Source: an uncultured Phycisphaerales bacterium
GTDB taxonomy: Bacteria; Planctomycetota; Phycisphaerae; Tepidisphaerales; Tepidisphaeraceae
NCBI GenBank assembly: GCA_963755915.1
Contig: CAVWLP010000001.1
Location: 1 to 64,000 of the forward strand
Reading direction: 5' to 3'
DNA length: 64,000 nt
The notes beneath the pieces are model-generated. The model was given only the letters and a program-made list of their open reading frames with translations, did no database searches and was not told where the DNA came from. Shown one piece after another: positions 52,403-61,691 of the stretch. The translations under genes were made by a program, and so were the position numbers. The first letter of the stretch is position 1. Each line of letters begins with the position of its first letter.

Positions 52403-52445
52403 TTGACAGCTATTCGCGCCACAGTAATATATAGTAAGCGTTTAC
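52403..52445 (+). promoter_or_regulatory. Sigma70 promoter plus LacI-type operator 5
   Basis: TTGACA at 52403, AT-rich -10 region at ~52425-52433, then GTAAGCGTTTAC (52434-52445). Confidence 0.75.
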
Positions 52446-52489
52446 GTCAGCACATTCCAGTATTTTGCGGTTTTTGGCGGAGGGCCAAT

Positions 52490-54565
52490 ATGTCACGCGG
52501 AAAAAAGGCGTTGTGTATAGCGTCCAGCGCGGCGGCGTCGATCATTTTATCCCGCTCTGTCTATGCGGGTTTGACAATCACTCCTGGTCCCAATAGCGGG
52601 GCCGTCGGCGCCTATTGGCCTTCTTCGACCAGTGGCCCGGATCCCTCATCCGCTGTTGGTTACGACCCCTCGATCGATAGCGGCGACGGCATCACCACCG
52701 GGTCGCCCAACAACGATGGACAAACCGAAGTCCAGGAGGGAATTGGCAGCGGCTATTTCTCGGTCCTTGCCCAAACCTTCCAGACCGGTTCCACAGGATT
52801 TACTCTCGGTGAAATTGCATTCGTTGCCGAGGCTTCGGGAGATGGCAATGATACTACCGATTTTAGTCTTCATCTTTTCCAGCTAAACAGCACGGTGACA
52901 CCCACATCCACTGGTTATACTCTAAGCACTGCCGAAGCTGCCGGAACGAACGATTTGCTGGGTGGCGGCCATGGACTTAACTTTACGTTTGGAAGCGGGG
53001 GAATTCCCGAGAGCGTTCAGCAATTCGTGCTTAACGCCAGCGGCACAGACGATCAAGTTAACCTTCTGCCAAATACGGAGTATGCGATTGAGCTCTGGGG
53101 CAATCAGCTTTCCACGCACAATGTCCTTCTCTTTCGCCCCAGCGGTAGCGACACCGCTCCCGGGGGCCCCTACCCCTACACGGGCGGACAGGCCTACCAG
53201 CTCTCCAGTTCCACCATCACGAATGCCGGCCAATCCGACCATAGCACTGTTTCGCGCGGCGAAGTCGCCGGCTCCACGCGCGATCTTCTCTTCGCGCTTT
53301 ATCAGGCGCCCCCGCCAAATGTAACGGCAACCTGGACCGGCGCTTCGACCGCCAACAATAGCAACTGGACAGACTCCACCAACTGGACCGGCGGCGTTCC
53401 GGGAACGACGCCGGGCGACACCGCCCTGTTTCCAGCGATGGCATCGTCGACCACCGCCGACCTGAACGGATCGCAAACGCTCGGCATGGTCACCTTCAAC
53501 GGCCCTGCTTACACCATCGCCCAGGGCACCGGCGGCGGTTCGCTGGTGCTGGAAAATGTCAACAATACAACCGCGACCATCAACGATCTCTTCGGCAGTT
53601 CAACGATTACGGCCCCGATTAACCTCGAATCCAGCGTACAGATCGCCGTCGGACAAACGGACAATACACTGACCCTTTCCGGTGCAATCAGCGGCGTCGG
53701 GGGGATCTCCCTCGCCGGCGACACCAATGCCCTCATGGCCGGCACCGTCGAACTCAGCGGCACCAACAGCTATTCCGGCACAACCTCCGTCGCCAGCGGC
53801 GAACTCCTCGTTGCACCCAGTGGTTCCGCCACTGTCAGCCCCTTGCCCATCGGCGGCGCTGTCACCATCACCGGCGGGTCAGTTGTCCTAGCATCTAACG
53901 TAACCCTCGGATCAGGAACCATTCCTCACCCCGCCAGCAATGTGACCCTCAGCTCGCTCACGATCTCCGGCAACGGCGTTTTCGACATCGGTAACAACCA
54001 CATCATCCTCACCTACACCGGCGCCAGCCCCATGTCCACGATCCTGGGCTATATGCAATCCGGCTACAACAACGGCGCTTGGAACGGTCCCGGCATCATC
54101 TCCTCGGCCGCTGCCCTTGAAAACTCCACGGCCAACGCTCTCCAATATGGCATCGGCTGGGCAGACGGCGGCGACAAAGTTGGCGATGTTGCCGGCCTCA
54201 CCAGTGGTGAAATCGAACTCAAGTACACGCTGCTCGGTGACGCCAATCTTGACGGCAGTGTCAACGGGACCGACTTCTCGATCCTGGCCGCGAACTTCGG
54301 GCTAGGCCTTACGAACTGGGACCAAGGCAACTTCCTGTTTGGCAGCTCTGTGAACGGTTCGGACTTCAGCGCGTTAGCTTCGAACTTCGGCCAGGGTGAC
54401 AGCGGAAACGCTGTAACTGTTGCCGACGTCGCGGCCCTCGACGCCTTTGCGGCCGCCAATGGCTTGGCGATACCTTCCTTCAGCGCGGTGCCAGAGCCCG
54501 CCTCCCTTGGATTGCTGGCAATCGGCACTCTCAGCCTGATGAATCGGCGCAAACGCCACCACTGA
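52490..54565 (+). CDS. PEP-CTERM surface protein with autotransporter-associated beta-strand repeat and dockerin-like Ca-binding repeats
   Basis: GGAGG RBS, signal peptide, GTVELSGTNSYSGTTSVASGEL repeat, GDANLDGSVNGTDF / GNFLFGSSVNGSDF, VPEPASLGLL...RRKR. Confidence 0.88.
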   Translation: MSRGKKALCIASSAAASIILSRSVYAGLTITPGPNSGAVGAYWPSSTSGPDPSSAVGYDPSIDSGDGITTGSPNNDGQTEVQEGIGSGYFSVLAQTFQTGSTGFTLGEIAFVAEASGDGNDTTDFSLHLFQLNSTVTPTSTGYTLSTAEAAGTNDLLGGGHGLNFTFGSGGIPESVQQFVLNASGTDDQVNLLPNTEYAIELWGNQLSTHNVLLFRPSGSDTAPGGPYPYTGGQAYQLSSSTITNAGQSDHSTVSRGEVAGSTRDLLFALYQAPPPNVTATWTGASTANNSNWTDSTNWTGGVPGTTPGDTALFPAMASSTTADLNGSQTLGMVTFNGPAYTIAQGTGGGSLVLENVNNTTATINDLFGSSTITAPINLESSVQIAVGQTDNTLTLSGAISGVGGISLAGDTNALMAGTVELSGTNSYSGTTSVASGELLVAPSGSATVSPLPIGGAVTITGGSVVLASNVTLGSGTIPHPASNVTLSSLTISGNGVFDIGNNHIILTYTGASPMSTILGYMQSGYNNGAWNGPGIISSAAALENSTANALQYGIGWADGGDKVGDVAGLTSGEIELKYTLLGDANLDGSVNGTDFSILAANFGLGLTNWDQGNFLFGSSVNGSDFSALASNFGQGDSGNAVTVADVAALDAFAAANGLAIPSFSAVPEPASLGLLAIGTLSLMNRRKRHH

Positions 54566-54592
54566 GCGCAGCCAATAGCGCCTGTCGAAACC

Positions 54593-54628
54593 AATGGCCC
54601 CTTCGCCAAGGCGGGGCCATTTTCGTTT
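54593..54628 (+). terminator. Rho-independent terminator
   Basis: AATGGCCCC/GGGGCCATT stem plus T-rich tail between convergent genes. Confidence 0.65.
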
Positions 54629-54647
54629 GCGGGAAACTCTCGATCGT

Positions 54648-55217
54648 TCAGGGAAGCGCCGAACCCTCATTGCGCCCGAACATCAGCCGCAGAACAACCA
54701 CCGCCAGGAGGTATGTGACGAGCGCCAGCGCAGCGCCCAGAAGGATTCCACCCAGCATCCAGGAGACGAAGATCGAATTAAAAACCGCCAAAGACATTCG
54801 CGGCAACTGCGGATTACGCCAGTCCGCGATGTGCGGAACTTTGCCCGTAATCAGAAATCGCCCGGCGATGATAGAAACGATGCTCAATACCGGCCCGATC
54901 GGAGGAGCCGACAATTGCGATCCCGCGATAACCGACAGCGGATGAAGCGAAAACCGCCGGGCGGTGTAAAGGCTCAGAATCGTCTGCAGCCCGTAAACGG
55001 GGATACACGCGATAAAGACGCCAACCGCCAGGCCCGCCGCGAAATTCTTGCGGGCCGTTTGCGCCAGCTTCAGTTCCCGCCAGGCACGCACGGGGCTGAA
55101 CCAGAAAATAAGCCGCCAGACCACGCGGGAGATCCAGCTTCCACGCCTTGGCGCTGGTGTTCCCTCGGCCCGATCCGACTCAAGGGTGGATGTTGACGGC
55201 ATAGGCTCGACTTGCAT
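54648..55217 (-). CDS. DUF2062 family membrane protein
   Basis: AAGLAVGVFIACIPVYGLQT, S.PP, WMLGG..LG. Start uncertain. Confidence 0.75.
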   Translation of the reverse strand: MQVEPMPSTSTLESDRAEGTPAPRRGSWISRVVWRLIFWFSPVRAWRELKLAQTARKNFAAGLAVGVFIACIPVYGLQTILSLYTARRFSLHPLSVIAGSQLSAPPIGPVLSIVSIIAGRFLITGKVPHIADWRNPQLPRMSLAVFNSIFVSWMLGGILLGAALALVTYLLAVVVLRLMFGRNEGSALP

Positions 55218-55275
55218 AATCCCGATGGGAATATCGGCGGCACCCGCATGATTACCGCACCCGCGACGGGCGTCA

Positions 55276-55887
55276 ATGTTGGAAATGGCAATGAAATCGG
55301 CCACCGCCGCAATAATCGCCCTGCTGATCTTTTGCTCTCACGTTTACGCCGACGAACCGGGCTCAGAGCTCTTCCCCACCACCCTTGCCAGCAATGTCGA
55401 TTCGCCCGACCCATATCCCCGCGGCCTGCGCCTGGTCACGGTTTATAGCGGCTACGCCCAGCAGCCAACCGGCGAGCGCGAGCAGATCGGATTCTGCAAT
55501 GTGGGGCTCAATTACTATTTCGCCGATAACTGGGCCTTCGGATTCGAGGCCACAGGTGTCGGCGTCTCCCAGGATGATAACAACATTGCCGCCGGCGGCG
55601 CCGACATTATCCTGCGCACCCATCTCTGGAACTATGAACGATTTTCCTTCTACGGCGACTTCTCCGCCGGCGTGCTCGAAGCCGACTACCGGCTGCCGCC
55701 CGGCGGCACCGATTTCAATTTCACCGTCCGCACCGGCATCGGCTCCGCGTTCCGTCTCACCGAGAATACCTCGCTGATGTTCGGATTGAGGTACTGGCAC
55801 CTTTCCAACGCCCGGCAGGAGGGTCCCGATCGAAACCCCTCCCTCAACGCCATCGAAGGATATGTGGGGCTGATGTTTCGCATGTAA
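55276..55887 (+). CDS. Acyloxyacyl hydrolase / PagL-like outer-membrane beta-barrel
   Basis: Signal peptide, GTDFNF, R.WHLSNA (His-Ser dyad), NPSLN. Confidence 0.8.
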   Translation: MLEMAMKSATAAIIALLIFCSHVYADEPGSELFPTTLASNVDSPDPYPRGLRLVTVYSGYAQQPTGEREQIGFCNVGLNYYFADNWAFGFEATGVGVSQDDNNIAAGGADIILRTHLWNYERFSFYGDFSAGVLEADYRLPPGGTDFNFTVRTGIGSAFRLTENTSLMFGLRYWHLSNARQEGPDRNPSLNAIEGYVGLMFRM

Positions 55888-56060
55888 CCGGCCGCCGCTG
55901 GATTCCCGCCCGATACACTTCCCGAAGCAGCGCAAATACTGCCGTGGCCATCTGCCGCTCCTCGTCCGCAGCGCCCGCAAATAATCCGCCGATGGGTAGA
56001 AATCCCTATTTAATGCTGCGCGCACCGCGTCGATTAGATGGTCACATACGCTTGATTTGC

Positions 56061-56361
56061 ACGGAAGAGATCAGCGGGAGAAGGAGAAAGTGGTTTTGAC
56101 CCGCTGGGTGCCCTTAAGACAGGAGGGTCTGAAGGGCGCCCAGCAGCTTAAGAAAAAGAAACCAGGAGCCCTACGAGAGATATTTCCATGGATTGTGCGG
56201 CTTTTGCTTAACGAAATACGCAGCTTCCGGGGAATCGCGCATATTCCTTAATTTGCGCTTCACGGATGCTGCCCCAGGCCCCAGTTCCCCCATCCCCGTC
56301 CAGCCTGGTTGATGGTGACGTTCTGTTACAGTCGTCATCGACCGGCTGGACGTTTTTGTTT
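56061..56361 (+). ncRNA. Candidate structured small RNA (GGA-rich, possibly CsrA-binding)
   Basis: Eight GGA motifs in ~210 nt, a long hairpin (56103-56144) with an AGGAGG apical loop, and a 3' terminator. No convincing ORF. Confidence 0.3.
56297..56361 (+). terminator. Long hairpin with T-tract
   Basis: CGTCCAGCC..GGTTGATGGTGAC / GTCGTCATCGACC GGCTGGACG TTTTTGTTT. Confidence 0.7.
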
Positions 56362-56564
56362 AGAAGCTCCCAACAAGACGGCCACGCCGCCCCCGGCAGA
56401 ATCTGCGCCGGTTAAGCGAAAATACTGAATTCGCGTCCAAATAACTTTGGAAGAATTAATTTACAACCGATGCAGTATCGGGCAGAGTAAAGTAGCATTT
56501 ACGGTGCCAATCGCCCCGAATAGAGCTATCTGCAATCAGGAAGGGAAATTGGGAAGGCGGGCCA

Positions 56565-58426
56565 TTGAATTCGGCCATAACGTTTAAATCGGATGCCGAG
56601 CTGGATCAGCCGGCGAAGGCGCGCCTGGCTGCCATCGTCGAATCCTCCGACGACGCCATCATCGGCAAGACGCTCGATGGAATCATCACCGATTGGAACC
56701 GGGGCGCACAGCGCATATTCGGCTACACCCCGGAAGAGGCGATAGGGCAGCCAGTCTCCATGCTGATTCCGCCCGAGCGCCGCGCCGAGGAGCAGGAGAT
56801 CCTGCGCGCATTGCGCAGGGCAAGCGGGTCGAGCATTTCGAAACCGTACGCCGCGCCAAAGACGGGCATCTCATCGAAGTCTCCCTGTCGGTTTCCCCGA
56901 TTCGAGACGAAGAGGGGCAAATCATAGGCGCGTCGAAAATAGCCCGCGACATAACCGAGCTAAAACGGACCCGCGCCGAATCCGATCGCCTGCTGCGCCT
57001 GATGGACCTTGCCAGCCTCATCGTGCGCGATGAAGAAGACTGCATCATCCACTGGAACAAGGGCGCCGAAAAACTCTACGGCTATACCGCCGAGGAAGCC
57101 ATCGGACGCCGGAGCCATGAGCTTCTCAGAAGCGAGTTTCCGCAGTCCCTGGACAAAATCTTGGGACAATTGTGGTCCACCGGATCCTGGGAGGGAGAAC
57201 TTCTGCACACGACCAGCGACGGGAGGCAGATCGCCGTCGCCAGCCAATGGACGGTCTATCGCGGTCCTGGCGGAGAGGTCCCCGCCGTGCTTGAGTCCAA
57301 CATTGACATTTCTGCACGCAAGGCGGCCGAGACCGAGAAACGGGAAGTCGACGAGCGCTATCGCAATCTTTTCACCTCCATGAGCGAAGGGTTCTGCCTC
57401 TGCCAGATGCTCTACGATGAAAACGGAAAGCCCAACGATTTCATCTTCCTCGCGGTAAATCCGGCGCAGAAAATCCTGGGGATGAAGGCCCAGGACGTCG
57501 TAGGCAAACGGGTAAAGGAAATTCTTCCCGGCCTGGAAGACCACTGGATTCAGGTCCTGGCAACCCCCGCCCTCACCGGAGAGGCCGTTCGTTACACCAA
57601 CTACGTCGCCCAGCTCGACCGCTATTTCGACGTCTACGCCTACAGCCCCGGCATCGGTCAGTTCGCCGCACTGGCGATGGATGTAACCGACAGGAAAAAG
57701 GCCGAGGAGGGCATGGCACGCCAGGCCGAAGCCCTGGCGCGCTCCAATACCGAGCTTGAGCGCTTCGCTTACATCGCCTCGCACGATCTCCAGGAACCGC
57801 TCCGAACCGTCAGCAGCTTCGCAAAGCTGCTCGACCGAAAGCATTCCAAAGAGCTCAACGAGGAAGCAAGGGAGTACCTGAAATTCATCACCGGCGGCGT
57901 AGAGCGGATGGAGACTCTGATCCGCGACCTACTGAATTACTCCCGCATCGATTCGCGGGGAGACTCCTTCAAAAAAGCAGATTGCAATGCGATCGTGCAA
58001 CTGGTTATCGAGAATCTCAAGGCGTCGATCGATTCGCGCAATGCGAAGTTAACCGTCGACACCCTCCCCACGCTCGTCGGCGATCCCACGCAGCTCGGCC
58101 AGGTCTTTCAGAACCTCCTCTCCAACGCCATCAAGTTCTGCAAGGAATCCGAGCCTCACGTCCACATCTGGGCCAAGGAAGATGAGGAAAACTGGACGTT
58201 CTCCGTTCACGACAACGGCATCGGCATCGCCCCCCAATACTTCCAGCGCATCTTCATCGTCTTCCAGCGCCTTCACACCATCGAGGAATACAGCGGAACC
58301 GGCATCGGTCTTGCCATCTGTAAAAAAATCGTCGAGCGCCACAAGGGCCGAATCTGGGTGGAATCCACCCTCGGAAAGAGCTCCACCTTCCACTTCACCA
58401 TCCCCAAGCGGAAGAGCGTTTCATGA
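56565..58426 (+). CDS. Cytoplasmic multi-PAS sensor histidine kinase (frameshift near 56815)
   Basis: Three PAS domains (SSDDAIIG..WNRGA), ASHDLQEPLR H-box, NLLSNAIKF, DNGIG, GTGIGL. Confidence 0.9.
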
Positions 58427-58857
58427 CACCGGAAAATCTCGAGATCCTGATGGTTGAAGACAACCCCGCCGACGTGCTTCTCACCAAAGAAGCCTTCCGC
58501 GAAGGCAACATCGCCAGCAGGTTGAACGTCGTCAAGGACGGGGTTGAGGCCCTGGCATATCTCCGCCGCGAAGGCCCCTACGGAACCGCCTGCCGCCCCG
58601 ACCTCATCTTCCTCGATCTCAATCTTCCTCGCAAAAATGGCCAGGAGGTCCTTCAGGAGATCAAGACCGACGAGAACTTCAGAAAAATCCCGGTCATCGT
58701 CCTCACTACTTCCAGCTCCGAATCCGACATCGCCAGGAGCTACCAGCATTACGCCAACGCCTATGTCGTGAAGCCCGTCGACATGGACCGGTTCAACGAC
58801 GCGCTGAAGTGCATTGACCGCTTCTGGCGTCGGACGGCAACCCTGCCACCAAAATGA
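58423..58857 (+). CDS. Single-domain response regulator (Rcp1-like)
   Basis: VEDNPAD, LDLNLP, LTTS, ANAYVVKP. Confidence 0.92.
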   Translation: MTPENLEILMVEDNPADVLLTKEAFREGNIASRLNVVKDGVEALAYLRREGPYGTACRPDLIFLDLNLPRKNGQEVLQEIKTDENFRKIPVIVLTTSSSESDIARSYQHYANAYVVKPVDMDRFNDALKCIDRFWRRTATLPPK

Positions 58858-60385
58858 GCGACCGATATCTGCAAATTCTGCTGGTCGAGGACAGTCTCGG
58901 CGACGCCGCCCTGCTGGAAATGTCGCTCACTGAATCCGTTTACGGAAATTTCCAGGTAACCATGGTCAGGCGTCTGGATGAGGCCATTTCGCGCCTCTCC
59001 CGCGAATCGTTTGACGCCATCCTCCTCGATCTGGGTCTCCCCGAATCCCAGGGCCTCCAGACGCTGCAGCGCATGAAGCCCAAAGCGGGCAACGCGCCCA
59101 TCATCGTCCTCACCGGTCTCTCGGATGAGAACCTCGCCATCCAGGCCATGAAGGAGGGAGCGCAGGATTACCTGGTCAAAAGCGAAGTCGAGCGCGGCTT
59201 GGTTGGCCGGGCCGTGCGATATGTTATCGAGCGCACCCGCGCCAGCGCGCCTCCGTCGACGCCGAACGCCGCCTCCAGCTTGCCGTCGAGGCCGCCGAAA
59301 TCGGAATCTGGGATTGGGATCTGAAGCGCGACAGCATTGTCTGGTCCCCGATCCAGGCCCATCTCTTGGGAATTGAAGGCCGCGAGTGCTCATTCGAAGC
59401 CTTCGACCGCTGCATCCATCCCAACGATCGCCTGGAAGTCCACAAAACCTCCCGCGACGCAATCACCTCGCACGAGCCTTTTCGAATCGAGTATCGAGTC
59501 GTCTGGCCCGACGGCAGTCTGCACTGGCTCGAGGGACGGGGCCGCGCGTTTTTCGACGACGACGGCAAAGCCAGCCGGATGATGGGCACGATCGTCGAAA
59601 TCACCCAGCGCAAGGCCGCCGAAGAAGCCGCCAAGACTCGCGAGGCCGATCTGGCGCACCTCTCGCGCGTCAGCACAATGGGCCAGATGGCGTCGGGCCT
59701 GGCCCACGAGCTCAATCAGCCCCTCGGCGCGATTCTGAGCTATGGCGGCGCCTGCCTCGCCCAGATGGATGGCACAAACCAGTCGCTCACAACCCTAAAA
59801 ACCGGCCTCGAAGAGATGATGAACGAAACGCGCCGCGCCGGCCAGATCGTCACCCGAATGCGCGAATTCGTCCAAAAGCGCCAACCCAGGACCAAACCCG
59901 TCGATCTCAATCAAGTTGTCCAAAGATCGCTTCAGTTGCTCCAGTTCGATTTGGACCGCCACACCATCGCCGCCGACGTCGATCTCGCTCCCGACCTCCC
60001 GCCGGTCCTCGCCGACGAGATCCAGATCGAACAGGTCCTCGTCAACCTGATCTGCAACGCAATCGAAGCAATCGCCGAAAACCCCGGCGGTCCGCGGAAA
60101 ATCTCCGTCCAAACCCAGCGGCAGCCCGATTCAAACCAGGTCTGGGCCACGGTGATCGATACCGGAGCCGGAATGTCCGACCAAAACATTCGCCAGCTCT
60201 TCGACCCGTTCTTCACGACTAAACCCAATGGCCTCGGCATGGGCCTGAATATCAGCCGTTCGATCATCGAAAGTCATGGCGGCCGGCTCACGCCCTCAGC
60301 AAATCCCGACGGAGGCATGCGCTTTCGTTTTACGCTTCCAATCGAAACAGGGGTGGCGGCATGTCCGACCAATCAAAGCCGGTAG
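58854..60385 (+). CDS. REC-PAS-histidine kinase (FixL-like C-terminus; frameshift near 59240)
   Basis: REC (VEDS, LDLGLP, GAQDYLVK), PAS_3 (IHPND), AHELNQPL, NLICNA, FFTTKPNGLGMGL. Confidence 0.88.
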
Positions 60386-61011
60386 TCCACATCATCGATG
60401 ACGATCCCGGAATGCGCAAGAGCCTCACCATGCTCGCCCAATCGGCGTCGCTGCCCATGCATGCATATCAATCCGCCGAGGAATTTCTTGCCGAAGCCGA
60501 TGTCGCCCAGCCCGGCTGCATCGTGCTCGACCTCCGCATGCCCGGAATGAGCGGCATCGAACTCCTTCAGCAACTCCGCGCCGAGATGGTCGACATTCCC
60601 GTAATCCTCATCAGCGGCCACGCCGACGTCCCCACCGCCGTCCGCGGAATGAAGCTCGGCGCCGTCGACCTCCTGCAAAAACCCGTCGAGCCGGAGGTTC
60701 TCATCGAGGCAATTCGCCGCAGCCTCGATCTGTCCGCATCAATGCACCGCCTCCGCAGCGATCAGGAATCGGTTCGCCAGCGCTTCGACTCGCTGACCCC
60801 GCGCGAATTGGAACTCTTGAAATGGATTGTCGAGGGGCATTCAAACAAACGGATCGCCTTCGACATGGGCATATCCATCAAAACCGTCGCCAACCATCGC
60901 GCCAGCCTGATGACCAAGACCGGCGCAAGCAATGCCGCCGACCTGGCCCGGCTTTACATGATGGCCGACTCCACGCCGGCATCCGCCCATCGCGGCAAAG
61001 TCTCCAGCTAA
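60361..61011 (+). CDS. FixJ/LuxR-type DNA-binding response regulator
   Basis: IDDD, LDLRMPGMSG, KP, LTPRE...NKRIA...KTV..HR. Confidence 0.92.
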   Translation: MSDQSKPVVHIIDDDPGMRKSLTMLAQSASLPMHAYQSAEEFLAEADVAQPGCIVLDLRMPGMSGIELLQQLRAEMVDIPVILISGHADVPTAVRGMKLGAVDLLQKPVEPEVLIEAIRRSLDLSASMHRLRSDQESVRQRFDSLTPRELELLKWIVEGHSNKRIAFDMGISIKTVANHRASLMTKTGASNAADLARLYMMADSTPASAHRGKVSS

Positions 61012-61124
61012 CAAAGAATCTGTCATTTCTGGGTAAAAGTACCCATTCCCCATCTCGTTTCGATTTCCGATATTTCCGCCATAGGCTATCACCATCGCTG
61101 CGACGCGCCTTTGCAGAAAATCTT

Positions 61125-61547
61125 ATGGGTCTGAAACGAAATAGCTGGCGCGGACTGGTCGTGGACGACGTCGCTTGCAACTGCCAGGCGACTGGAATAG
61201 CACTCACTTCCATGGGCGGCCAAATCACCACTGCCAATAATGGCGCCCAAGCCGTCGAGATTGTCCGCCTCGCAGACGAGCATGGCTTGGCCTTCGACAT
61301 CGTCTTTACGGACGTTCAAATGCCCGTCATGGGCGGCATCGAAGCCACTCGCCTCATGCGCACACTCGGGTTCAAAGGCCCAATCGTCGCGATCAGCGGC
61401 AGCGACGAGCAGAACCTCGCCGATCGCTGCCGCGCCGCCGGATGCGACGAGTTCATTCGCAAACCCACATCGCTCGATGGGCTTTCCAGCGTATTGGCTC
61501 GTTTTTTCCCTCCCAAAAGCCAGTGGCCGCCTCTGGTTCACGTCTGA
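61125..61547 (+). CDS. Single-domain response regulator
   Basis: LVVDD, DVQMPVMGGIEAT, AGCDEFIRKP. Confidence 0.85.
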   Translation: MGLKRNSWRGLVVDDVACNCQATGIALTSMGGQITTANNGAQAVEIVRLADEHGLAFDIVFTDVQMPVMGGIEATRLMRTLGFKGPIVAISGSDEQNLADRCRAAGCDEFIRKPTSLDGLSSVLARFFPPKSQWPPLVHV

Positions 61548-61691
61548 GAATATCGCCGCTCCTTTCATCGCGGTTGGGTATAAATCCCTATTTTGCGGGG
61601 TTTGCTTTCGTTCGATGTTTTTTGAGTAAGCGCGGGGCCGGGAAGTCATTTTCCATAGCCGCCGCATCGCGCAATTCGCCGAACGGAACGG

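Noticed and set aside
56075-56260. tmRNA, or a real 64-aa CDS at 56057-56251
   Set aside because: There is no tRNA-like 3' end (T-arm/CCA) or convincing tag frame. The ORF has a TTG start, atypical codons and overlaps strong RNA structure.
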